Positions 25,641-37,067 of a stretch of DNA of 54,845 nt are shown here, one piece after another; the first letter of the stretch is position 1; the number at the start of each line of letters is the position of its first letter. A program made the position numbers and the translations under genes. The DNA is from Octopus bimaculoides (Eukaryota): positions 130,009,238-130,064,082 of the forward strand of contig NC_068983.1 of the NCBI RefSeq assembly GCF_001194135.2. Reading direction: 5' to 3'. The notes under the pieces were generated by a model. It did no database searches and was not told where the DNA came from. It was given only the letters and a program-made list of their open reading frames with translations.

Positions 25641-25757
25641 TTTCAGTATGGTCCGCCTTAGGCCATAGTAGAAGCCACTTTCCCATGATGCCATGTAGTG
25701 GAACTGAACGTAGAAGCATGTGGCTGAGAAGCAAGCTTCTCACCACAGAGTCTCGCC
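25641..25757 (-). mobile_element. 5' part of a tRNA-derived SINE (family E), internally deleted
   Basis: The reverse complement GGTGAGAAGCTTGCTTCTCAGCCACATG..GTTCAGTTCCACT..AAGTGGCTTCTACTATGGCC is recalled as a very common octopus SINE head. Confidence 0.7.
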
Positions 25758-25780
25758 TATATATATATATATATATTCTT

Positions 25781-26034
25781 CTTTCTTCGCCCTTTTAAAT
25801 CCTAGCCACGCTCACGGGCCCAGTTTCTCGGTTTCAATGGCGTATATATTCCCCAGCTGGACGGGACGCCAGTCCATCGCAGCGTTACTCCTTTTTTGCC
25901 AGGCGAGCGGACTGGAGCAACGTGAAATGAAGTGTTTTGCTCAAGAACACAACGCATCGCCCGATCCCGTAATCAAAACCACAATCTTACGATCATGGTG
26001 CTGACACCCTAACCACAAAGCCACGCGCCTCCAC
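25781..26034 (-). mobile_element. tRNA-derived SINE (head B + TGTGTTCTTGAGCAAAACACTT body + tail B)
   Basis: A/B-box head. The tail GAGTAACGCTGCGATGGACTGGCGTCCCGTCCAGCTGGGG..AAAAGGGCG aligns with 5218-5325. Confidence 0.85.
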
Positions 26035-26049
26035 ACACAGGCACACACA

Positions 26050-26058
26050 CGCATATAT

Positions 26059-26142
<84 letters not shown>

Positions 26143-26150
26143 TGAGTGAG

Positions 26151-26183
<33 letters not shown>

Positions 26184-26186
26184 GAG
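26050..26186. repeat. (TA)n-(GT)n-(GA)n compound microsatellite
   Basis: Read directly. Confidence 0.97.
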
Positions 26187-26649
26187 GGCCGGTAGAATGA
26201 ATGCTACCTTTGAAAAATATGTAATGGAGACGATTTTTTCGATTAAAAGCTTCAGTTTCTCAGAAATGCAACGTACACATATAGGCGGCTTATTCGGTCG
26301 AATTTTATCAAACTCTGATCATCCTGGAGGGATCAGCCACCTTTCCAGAGTTTGAATGTTCTTTTTAAGAGGTCATATTTCTATGAAGTGACTATTGCTG
26401 TCTTCCCATAGGTAATACGTAGAGTGGAAGTAAACATAAAACAATTTCCAATTATGCAGAAATTATAGCCTGTGCACACTGGTCAAATGGCGCATCAGTG
26501 AACACCTGATTAAGTGCTTATATGGTACACTTATTAGTTTCAACAAAATGTAACAGATTCTTCCTCAGAATCAACAGGAAGAGCACGTGCAAAACACTCT
26601 CAAAAAGATATAGTTGAGATTTTACTGTTACAATGAAGGCATTATTGTA

Positions 26650-27232
26650 TTGGATTGTCCGGAATGTTCATGCCGACTTTCCAAAAGGTTCTTCTCAGTC
26701 AACTGATGTGGTACTCAAACATCGTAGCAACTTGTGTACCCAAGCTTTAATAGGTGCTCATGAACGACGGATTTTGATAGGTTGAGGCTTTCTGCCAATT
26801 CTCGGTTTGTGCAATGGGGTTTATTCTCAACTAATGACTTGATTTGATCATAATCTGTAGTGGATGGTCTGTCTGATCGCTCCCTATCAATAAGGCTACA
26901 ATCTCCAGCTTGGAACCTTGCGATCCACTTCCGTACAGTTCTTTCGGATAAAGAAACATCACCGTAAACTGCGCATATTTCTTTAGTTGCTTGTTAGGCA
27001 TTTTTCCCTTACGGAAAAAGAAAAGCATCAAGTGCCTAAAATGATCCTTATTATCCTCTGTTTTAAAGGGTCACAGGTTATAGGAACATAAACCTTCTTC
27101 CACGAAAATATAGCTTAAACTGTTCTCCAAATGGAGGTGTAGTCAAATCCTATTTTACGGACTTAACCAGGTTCTAAAATAAGTCGAAATATAAGCTACC
27201 ATAAATCGACACGAACTTTCCGGACAACCCAA
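26650..27232 (-). mobile_element. 583-bp internally deleted mariner retaining only the N-terminal DNA-binding region
   Basis: TIRs match at 25/30 (TTGG(A/G)TTGTCCGGAA(T/A)GTTC..) and TA flanks both sides. The broken frame HFRHLMLFFFRKGK..KEICAVYG..ERTVRKWIARFQAG..VPHQLTEKNL runs straight into the TIR. Confidence 0.92.
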
Positions 27233-29394
27233 TATAACAGACAACTTAATGATCAAGGTAATGCTCCACATTAAAAAGCTGAATAATTTCTACATACTTC
27301 AGCAAAAAAGAATCCGTTTTCGATATCGTAAGTTCATATACAAAATAATAAGTTTTGCCATTCTTTGTCATTTGTTTTAATATTTCAATTTGCCTTGTAT
27401 TAGACTTACAGTAACTTAACTTTAAATATCATTAAATCGTTTACACAAAGTACTCTACGTTCAGACATCAACAATTATACATAAATACAACACACATATA
27501 TAGCTAGGTGTATGCATACATGCACACATACGCACACACATAGATATGTGTATATGTTGCCAAGAATTACTAATCATATACATGGAGAACGCTAGCATAG
27601 AAATGCGCTGCGAAAAGTATGACTGCATTCTCCATAGAATCCTATTTTTCCAGTTACATATAATCTAACGTGCATGTATTTTATTATTTGCTGTTAGATT
27701 TTTATGCACAGATATATATTTTGCAGGGAGACTTTAAATCAATGATTCATTTTGCTGTTTATTCTTACGAACTTTGCCGGAAATCTTGTTTAGTATATTT
27801 CTTCCTGATTGACGTCAAGTGACATCAAGGTTATGTGTTGATAAAATAGTCGCATGAAACCTTATCCACTGTCATAGTAATGCTGTTTATTGGCTGTCAT
27901 TAGGAAGGTATGAAAATGACACGAGAATCTCAGTAATCACAGAATGTGCAAAAGGAAAAAAAACAGCATAGCACAAATACAATATATATATATATATATG
28001 TATATATACAGACCTATGATGCAGTGTTTGGAAACATGAATCTTTATATTTCGTGCGTGAGGCACGAAGTATGATAATAAAATGCACCAACGTTTCTTAA
28101 CAATCAAGTAACATAAAGAAAAGATCGAATGTTCTGCTGTGGGAAATTACAAAAGAAGGAATGCAGTGAAAGAAAAGACAACTAATACAAACGAATGAAA
28201 AATCAGTTATTCTCAACCTTTTTCTTTTTTCTGTGAAAAATATAAAAGTGTAAAACAAATGAATAAAACTTTGAAGGGGATATCATCAAATAAGCATGAA
28301 GAACGGTGTATAAATAGAAAACAAGCAAAGCTGTAAATTATTGAGAATTAACATATTTTCAAATAACTTGAACAAAATGATTTAAAATGTAAAGCAATGA
28401 AGTTACGTAATGATATGTGCAATGTTTCTTTTTTTAATTATTTATGTCTTATCAGATAGAAATATCTACGCTAGGAAATAAATAACATCGTTTAAGAATT
28501 GATGTCAGTTATTCTGTTGAAAGTATGCAACGGAACTGGCTTATATCAGAAAATGAAAATTACTGGCAATCTTATATATATGATGAGGATTGTCTATTTC
28601 TCCACTGCATTGCTCTCTGAAGTCTCCATATTAAAACTAATTGTATCTCTATACGATTTTTTGTAAACATACTCCCTATATTCCATTCATCTATAACAGG
28701 GTTTTATATTTTGCACATCAGTGGAAATTGCTACAGATTTTTTTTTTCTTTTATTAATTTCTTTTTAATTCATTATTTTTATATTACACTTTAGCTTTAA
28801 TAATTATTTTTTCATCAGACCACTTCTTTGCAATGTTTTCAAAAGTATTTCACTACCATTTACTTCCTTTCACATGCACGCCTTTGAAAATTATTTCTCT
28901 ATTTATTTATTTATCTATTTATCTTTTATTTTCACAAAATGTTACCATAAACATACCCTTTATCATTTTATTACAAAATTTTCGCACCCGGTTCCCCATT
29001 CTCACCATGGCATGTTAATCTATAGTGGAATATCTTTTATCACTTCACTCATTAGATAGTCTGACTGAAGAAAGTAAATTTTATTTTGACATAAAGTATA
29101 ACATTAACTAATATCATGGAATTAATCACTGACAGCTACAAAAGCATTTAAAATGACGGCACATCTCTATCAGAAATCGTGCGTGTCGTAAGAATTCAAT
29201 TAAAGCAAGCATTAATTAGTGAGCGGCTGACACAGAAACTGAGCAGAAGCAACAAGAAATTTAATTAACTACTTTTTGCACCAATTTAAATACTCTACTC
29301 CAAGTAAATAATAATAAAATTAATAACGATTTTAATAACAATGTTGATGAAAATGATAAAATTACTAAAGATTATGATGAAAGTAAAAAGAAAA

Positions 29395-29492
29395 AGTAGT
29401 TGTAGCAGCATCAGCATCAGCAGCAACAGTAGTAGTAGTAGTAGTAGTAGCAGCAGTAGTAGTAGTAGTAGTAGCAGTAGTAGTAGTAGTAA

Positions 29493-29530
<38 letters not shown>

Positions 29531-29540
29531 CTAGTAGTAA
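29395..29540. repeat. (AGC)/(AGT)n trinucleotide microsatellite
   Basis: Read directly. Source of the poly-S and poly-T ORFs. Confidence 0.97.
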
Positions 29541-30370
29541 CAGAAGAAGCAGTAGTTTGTTGTAGCTTTATCATTATTGAATTTCTCGGCGGAAGAAATA
29601 GAATATTAAATCACTATGCCCAATTTTATATATAATTAAAATCTTAAAGTGTCTTCATAGATTAGAGCATATCTTTGTGCATACGTGGATACGTACATAT
29701 ATACATATATGCATACATACGTACATATGTGAATACATCTGTAAAATTATACATGTATATATATATANNNNNNNNNNNNNNNNNNNNNNNNNNNNNNNNN
29801 NNNNNNNNNNNNNNNNNNNNNNNNNNNNNNNNNNNNNNNNNNNNNNNNNNNNNNNNNNNNNNNNNNNNNNNNNNNNNNNNNNNNNNNNNNNNNNNNNNNN
29901 NNNNNNNNNNNNNNNNNNNNNNNNNNNATATATACCTCAATACATAAGTACATGTCTGTGTGTTAAGGAATGAAATATGGTTTTCAAGCAATCTACAGTA
30001 TATGAAATACAAAGACAAGTGATATGGATCAAGTAAAATATAAGTCAGTGGCTCAAATTCGGTTTGCAGAAAACAAAACAAAAAACATGTCCTATGTATA
30101 CCCTATCTAATATCAGAAATTAGACTCATATAATTAAGTATTATAGGATTTGAAACTTGTCTTTGCCACATTATTACAAGGGTTTCCATCTACACACGTT
30201 TAGAAATACTTCTGCAAAAAAAAAAGTTTTATGCATTGATGAGATAAATAATTAGAACGAAGCGGATGTGTCTAGATTACCGAATACTTCTGCAGAGCTG
30301 GCATTTCGTTAATTCTTGCCAGACACGAGATCAAGGGACAGATCACAACTGACGTGGACGTTACGCATAC

Positions 30371-30399
30371 AAATCGATGAATTCTGTAAGTTCGCAGAA
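30371..30399 (-). CDS. Candidate exon (SANLQNSSI), phase-compatible with 30653-30720
   Basis: cgttttctttcctttag acceptor and gtatgc donor; gtcagt is an alternative donor 17 nt further on. Confidence 0.17.
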
Positions 30400-30652
30400 C
30401 TAAAGGAAAGAAAACGTGATCAATGTGTTTGGCTTATGTCGGGTTGACTCAATAAAGGAAAAAATGAGAGACGATTCGGTGACTAAAATATACATGGAGT
30501 AACGCGCGCGTGTACACAATCATAAGCATACACACATACACACATCTCCAGAAATTCCAATTGAATGGACTTTAATTTTCGCCTGAAGAATTACGACCAC
30601 AGTGAATGGACATGTTTCTGTTCTCTATGACTCCGCCGGGAAATTAACTTAC

Positions 30653-30720
30653 ATGTCATTCCAGTTGCTCTGTACAGTTATATAGGACTCGCTCGCGCAT
30701 ACCATGCACTGTCTGGCCGG
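30653..30720 (-). CDS. Candidate exon (PARQCMVCASESYITVQSNWND), resembling the N-terminus of a Ly6/three-finger domain
   Basis: atttcttag acceptor and AT|gtaagt donor. Only one frame is open, with CxxC near its start. Confidence 0.22.
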
Positions 30721-30835
30721 CTAAGAAATTCATGAATATTCTAAATGATGGACTAACATGGTTCCATTATTGGTGTATTCAGTAGAGAAATACACACACA
30801 CTTGCACATATACATTCGCATATCTTCACGCACGT

Positions 30836-30869
<34 letters not shown>

Positions 30870-31869
30870 TCTGCATGGTCACTCAAAAATGTATGTGTGT
30901 ATATTTATATGAGTACGTCTATATGCATATATCATTGTGTTTGATGTTACCTCTATCGTTTCCTTTCTAATTTGAAGTGCGTTTGAAACGAACGTAGCCC
31001 TGAATGCATACATTAGCAAATACCATCGCTCGCATATATAAAATCTGATACACTTAGTAACACACTTCCATCGGCACAGTCCTGTATGAACTTTAGAGAT
31101 ATATTAGAAACACAGAAGTAGGGAAGGTTAGCCGAAACGAAAGCACGCATTCACAAACACACAAACACACGCACACACACACGCACGCACGCACAAACAC
31201 ACACACACACACACATACACATATGCACACACAGACAAAACATTTATTTTTTATTGACAGCGCATAAAGTATGTGTTTTGTTTGTCCTCCGGTTTGCTGC
31301 GTATAGCCACTTGGGGATGTCTCACTCATAGCACCTGAAAATCATAGACAGACGAAAAAAAGTAATAAACAGTGGATGTGAATCGTACCCAGTTCGATTC
31401 CATCACTCCTGAAAGGGACCGGAGACCAGTTGATATATTGCAGCGGACGGTTGAACAATCAAAACACGTACATTGAGTTTGTGCCATCTATTATGTTAAC
31501 AACAAGAGCGCTGGTGTTAGTTCGTGATTGAATTTAATTTTGTGTATGCATCACCATCTAATAACAGTAATTGGTTTTTGCACCATTTCTGTATAGTAAC
31601 AGACAGGTAATTTAATTTGTCCCCAGATCCATTCGGGTATGTGCTGATGATTAGCCACAAAAAATGTCGAAACACCAGTATCCATCACACAAAAACGGGA
31701 TCAGACGAGAGTTGTCCGATCTTTCAATGACACTCGGGTGTTTTAACATCCAACGTAATCAGGGAGTCGTCCACAGGCACTATCCTACAGTGAAGAAACA
31801 AAACACATTCATTGAGCGTGTGCAGGCTTACTACCGGCATCTTTGCTTTTTAGCACTTAGTTTATATAT

Positions 31870-32830
31870 TTATTTTGGTTGCTGTTGTTGAGCCAGTCGT
31901 TAAGAAGCATTGGCTCATAGCTATCCTCTCTCTATTTTGATTTTCTAAGAGTCATTCACGTCATAAGACAGTTGACTTCTATGATGGTAAATATTTCGTT
32001 TTCTCTTTCCCAAAGAACAATATCCGAACTGTTGTGTTTCTGTGTGTATTCAATAACATGTGGATACTCTCTAATTATTCCAAGACGGTTTTCTTTCCGA
32101 GTGACATTGTGTATAGTTTTTAACGAAATCATCGTGTCGTGAGGAAGTAGTACCTTGATATCTTTGAGCAGTTGCTAATCGTTTGTGGGATATCTTCAGC
32201 AGAAGTATGACAACATATATTTCCCTCAACATCTTGGATCTCCAACGGCTTCACTACATCTTTTGAGGGATTTCGTAGCAATTTCCTTTCGTTGGATTCT
32301 AAACACAACCTTTGAATTGTGATATTATGTAACGTTCTCGAGTGCGAAAAATAATGCGCTTCCCATCAATATGAGTCTTGCTCAAGGCAGCGAGCTGGCA
32401 GAGTTGTTAGGACGTCAGGCCAAATTTTTGGCGTCCTTTCGTCCATCTTTACGTTCTAAATTCGTATTTCGCGAGGTCGACTTTTCAATTCATTCCTTTG
32501 GGGGTCAGTAATTAAATATCAATTGAACACTTGGGTAGATATAACCAATTTACCCTCTCCCCAAAATGCTGGCTTGTGCCAAAACTGTATGTATATTCAC
32601 TAACTTGAAGCCTCTACTGCCTTTATCTTTTTTTAAGTTGAGCCTATCGATATTACTTTTACCGTGGAGATTTCTAGTTGATGTCAATATCTTGCAGGTT
32701 AAAGGTCTATTGAGAGTATTTCTTCTAGGGAGCAGTGAATTATATAAAATGTTGGAATTAGCAATGGTATTGCAAAGGCTTTGTGGGATATTTTCTTCAT
32801 GTAAGAGGAGACGTCTCACTGTCATATTTT
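31870..32830 (-). mobile_element. 3' relic of a restriction-like-endonuclease non-LTR retrotransposon (R4/NeSL-type), interrupted by a SINE
   Basis: In the expected order: KILTSTRNLHGKSNIDRLNLKKDKGSRGF (post-RT), CHTSAEDIPQTISNCSKISRYY..RHD (CCHC knuckle remnant), KHNSSDIVLWERENEIFTIIEVNC (PD..D RLE motif remnant). Confidence 0.85.
32384..32587 (+). mobile_element. SINE family D copy inserted in the RLE LINE
   Basis: AAGGCAGCGAGCTGGCAGAG..CGAGGTCGACTTT..CCCAAAATGCTGGCTTGTGCC. Confidence 0.85.
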
Positions 32831-33303
32831 TCTAAGTCTTGTTTATCTATTAAGGTATGCATATACCTATGATAGATGTCTATACATGTATGTGTGCATG
32901 TGTTTCCGAGCTGATGTGTATGATGAGCAGTCCAGTCGCGTATATCTTAGTTTACATCTTTATAAACTTCTTTCTGATCCAACGGCATTTCAAGTAAAAG
33001 TTATAGCGAATGACACAATTTTGTGAAAATACTTCAAAATAATATCAAAAAAATATTCCCTGAAACTTATTTTGATATATTATTTTTGACTTAGGATAAA
33101 TGTTGCTTTGACATGAAGGTAACCCAAAACAAAAGATATTACACACGTGTGTGTCCGCGTGTAAATGTATATGACTGCAAACACGTCGGTATACATAAAC
33201 ATACATACAGGTACGTATATGTGTTTGTAGCATAAATATATATGTATGTGTGTGTGCGTGTGTGCATGTGTGTGTTTATGTGTCTCTATATATAAACACA
33301 CAC

Positions 33304-33337
<34 letters not shown>

Positions 33338-33661
33338 NNNNNNNNNNNNNNNNNNNNNNNNNNNNNNNNNNNNNNNNNNNNNNNNNNNNNNNNNNNNNNN
33401 NNNNNNNNNNNNNNNNNNNNNNNNNNNNNNNNNNNNNNNNNNNNNNNNNNNNNNNNNNNNNNNNNNNNNNNNNNNNNNNNNNNNNNNNNNNNNNNNNNNN
33501 NNNNNNNNNNNNNNNNNNNNNNNNNNNNNNNNNNNNNNNNNNNNNNNNNNNNNNNNNNNNNNNNNNNNNNNNNNNNNNNNNNNNNNNNNNNNNNNNNNNN
33601 NNNNNNNNNNNNNNNNNNNNNNNNNNNNNNNNNNNNNNNNNNNNNNNNNNNNNNATACATA

Positions 33662-33704
<43 letters not shown>

Positions 33705-33889
33705 GTGTGTATATATATATATGTATATATGTATGTATATATAGATATACGTATGTATATGTATATACATATATATGTGCTTGTGTGTGTTTCTGTGTGT
33801 GTTGATATTTACACTCATGTATATGCATGTGTATATATATGTTCGTATAGTTTTGTGTGTTTGGAGAAAAGTTGTGCAGAATTTAGTTT

Positions 33890-34110
33890 GCCGTATTGAT
33901 TTACAGTTGCGAGTTACAGAATTAGCCATTCCAGCATCAATATAGACTGTCAAAATTCTGTACAGGTCACATCACATGTTTCCAGTTGAATTTCCAACTT
34001 CTCCATGTAGATGACTCGTGGCGTCGTATTCCAAATCGATCAATGCTTGGTACAATTTCTCAGATAAACTTCAGCAAACAGAACAGATTTTTATCATCCA
34101 TCAGTCTCCA
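33890..34110 (-). mobile_element. Possible very old LINE reverse-transcriptase remnant
   Basis: Weak motifs across frames: LMDDKNLF, WRSWKFNWKHVM and RILTVYIDAGM (like KFLGVYID). Confidence 0.28.
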
Positions 34111-34401
34111 TTACTACATATTTGCTAGACAAGAGAGCCAACGTTTAATTCAATAACGTTGGCAACGCAACAGTATCACAATTAATCTCATTTGCCACGG
34201 TAAAATATGAGATATTTTACTTAAATTAAATATCGTACAATTATTGTTATTATTTTGGAAAGTGATCCGTTGATGTTAAAGTATGACTCTGGTACTAGTG
34301 TGGCGTGGTTTGTCAATTAATGAATGGCCACAGGATTGCTCAGTAGTGTGTAATCCAGTCGTTTATGTATAATTGTCGGAAAGCAAAATTCTGAGCGTTG
34401 A

Positions 34402-34612
34402 CCGAATTCTTTTGCTTGCTTTAGGCATTTGATTGAGCCATGCCTGGGCACCGCCTACAGGTATTTTACTCGATCAACTCGACCCCGCTACAACTCATGT
34501 CGTATAGACAGAATTCTAGCTGTCACTTTCGACGATTGTCTATGTTACTTGGGACGTAAAATCACCAGCACTGGTTAACCAGCGGTGGTGAGTGATAAAC
34601 ACGGACTCAAAT
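34402..34612 (-). mobile_element. SINE 3' half (probably family E), diverged
   Basis: Aligns with 43828-44035 (CATTTGA..GCCATGC..GCACCGCC..CGACCCC..GGACGTAAA..ACCAGCA). Confidence 0.65.
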
Positions 34613-35677
34613 ACATGTACATATAAACTCGTCTGTTGTTATTATTTGTATATTCTCCCATATATATATATAAACATATATATATATATATATATANNNN
34701 NNNNNNNNNNNNNNNNNNNNNNNNNNNNNNNNNNNNNNNNNNNNNNNNNNNNNNNNNNNNNNNNNNNNNNNNNNNNNNNNNNNNNNNNNNNNNNNNNNNN
34801 NNNNNNNNNNNNNNNNNNNNNNNNNNNNNNNNNNNNNNNNNNNNNNNNNNNNNNNNNNNNNNNNNNNNNNNNNNNNNNNNNNNNNNNNNNNNNNNNNNNN
34901 NNNNNNNNNNNNNNNNNNNNNNNNNNNNNNNNNNNNNNNNNNNNNNNNNNNNNNNNNNNNNNNNNNNNNNNNNNNNNNNNNNNNNNNNNNNNNNNNNNNN
35001 NNNNNNNNNNNNNNNNNNNNNNNNNNNNNNNNNNNNNNNNNNNNNNNNNNNNNNNNNNNNNNNNNNNNNNNNNNNNNNNNNNNNNNNNNNNNNNNNNNNN
35101 NNNNNNNNNNNNNNNNNNNNNNNNNNNNNNNNNNNNNNNNNNNNNNNNNNNNNNNNNNNNNNNNNNNNNNNNNNNNNNNNNNNNNNNNNNNNNNNNNNNN
35201 NNNNNNNNNNNNNNNNNNNNNNNNNNNNNNNNNNNNNNNNNNNNNNNNNNNNNNNNNNNNNNNNNNNNNNNNNNNNNNNNNNNNNNNNNNNNNNNNNNNN
35301 NNNNNNNNNNNNNNNNNNNNNNNNNNNNNNNNNNNNNNNNNNNNNNNNNNNNNNNNNNNNNNNNNNNNNNNNNNNNNNNNNNNNNNNNNNNNNNNNNNNN
35401 NNNNNNNNNNNNNNNNNNNNNNNNNNNNNNNNNNNNNNNNNNNNNNNNNNNNNNNNNNNNNNNNNNNNNNNNNNNNNNNNNNNNNNNNNNNNNNNNNNNN
35501 NNNNNNNNNNNNNNNNNNNNNNNNNNNNNNNNNNNNNNNNNNNNNNNNNNNNNNNNNNNNNNNNNNNNNNNNNNNNNNCAAGTACCGTTCTCTCTTTTTT
35601 CAGTACATCACACTCTTTACCACTTCATACTAAAAATATCCGCCTATGGATATGATAATAGATTACTTTATTTTTTC

Positions 35678-35729
35678 TGTCTCCAATGAAGGGAAGTACT
35701 GGATCTTCCCAGAAACAGCTGTAAGAGTC
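35678..35729 (+). ncRNA. Degenerate minimal type I hammerhead ribozyme motif
   Basis: TCT-CCAATGA-A-GGGAAG(tactggat)CTTCCC-A-GAAA-CAGCTG-TA-AGA: a 6-bp stem II, a palindromic helix III (ACAGCTGT), a GUA cleavage triplet and only a 3-bp stem I. Confidence 0.5.
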
Positions 35730-36057
35730 TATCCATAAAATTCTTCAACCTTACCTTTGCTCTTTTTATCTTTTTGTTTTTATATATTTACATATACACA
35801 CGCTAATACACAACTTATAATACCCAATCCTGTTCATACAACGACTGGGGCATAACTAGTCGGTATACAGCACTTACTCGGTATTACCTGTAACGTCCTG
35901 GGTTTGCTTAAATCCAATACCCTCCTCAACCTTATGCATATATATATATATATATATCTGTTTGATTGTGTATATATGTGTGTGCGTGTTACGATTGTGC
36001 ATGTGTGGAATTATAGAATCCTGTCAATATGCCCGCTAGCCACTCCTTAGCTTACAC

Positions 36058-37067
36058 TTTCTATTTGCTGATGAGTGTGCTCTAAACGCTACTTCTGAGG
36101 CGGACATGCAACGCAGTGCAGAGGTATTCTTGGAAGTCTGTGACAAATTTGGTTTCACAATCAGTACCAAGAAGACAAAGGTGATGCACCAACCCGTTAC
36201 GGGAAAACGACATGTTGAACCCAACATTTCCATCAACGGGCTAAGACTCAATGCGGCTTACAAATTCACATACCTTGGCAGTACGCTTTCTCACAATGTA
36301 GTCATTGACGATGAGATCAACACCAGACTCACCAAAGCAAGTGCTGCCTTCGGCAGACTCCACAAGAATGTACGGGACAGAATAGGCATCACCTCTATGA
36401 CAACGATCAAGGTCTACATAGCTGTCGTACTCACTACTCTACTCTATGGATGTGAGTCGTGGACCGTCTATCAACGCCACGCCAACAAACTAAATCACTT
36501 CTACACCAACAGGCTGAGGAAATTACTTGTCATAAGATGGCAGACAAGGATACCAGACACTTAAGTCCTCAGTCGTACCGGGCTCCCAATCATCCCTACC
36601 ATCCTGATGGAAACTCAGCTTCGCTGGCGTGGTCGTGTAGCCCACGTGCCAGACAACAGCATATCCAATAAGCTTCTGTTTGGTGAGGTCCGGCACGGCA
36701 AGCGCTCCCATGGTGGCCAGAGGAAACGGTTTAATGACATCTAAATGTATCACTGAAGGCCTTCAACATTGACCCGTCATCGTGGGAGCAGACAGCTTTA
36801 GGTAGGACCAAGTGGTGAGCCACTGTTCACATCGGTGCCCACCAGTATGAAAGTTACAGGAAAGCTGCTAAAGAGAAGCACAGGCAGAACAGAAAGAACA
36901 ATGCTTTGAAGCCCCCGGCACTTGGTACCATTCCCTGTCTCTACTGCAGCAGATCTTTCCAAGCGGGGATTGGACTTATCACCCATCTACGCATTCACCG
37001 CTGATGACCTCCCCGTCCCCCTCTAGGATGATCAGACGGTTCTCGTCGTTCCGACGGACGAACAACA
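36058..37067 (+). mobile_element. 5'-truncated RTE-clade LINE (RT C-terminal half, C-terminal C2H2-like finger and 3' UTR)
   Basis: FLFADECAL..FTISTKKTKVM..FTYLGSTLS..KASAAFGRL..TLLYGCESWTVY..QLRWRGRV..GGQRKRFND..CLYCSRSFQAGIGLITHLRIH. It ends with GACGGACGAACAAC and has several stops. Confidence 0.95.

Noticed and set aside
5031-26034. tRNA genes at A/B-box motifs (5040, 8022, 16430, 22340, 25970)
   Set aside because: None has an acceptor stem or full cloverleaf, and most run into SINE bodies shared with other copies.
33880-33990. Ly6-like reading TCDVTCTEF(W)TVYIDAGMANSVTRNC
   Set aside because: It needs a frameshift, lies in the wrong order relative to the CxxC exon, and is explained as well by a decayed LINE RT.
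34137-34163. 9-bp perfect hairpin GCCAACGTT/AACGTTGGC
   Set aside because: A few stems of this length are expected by chance in 55 kb, and bacterial-type terminators are irrelevant here.
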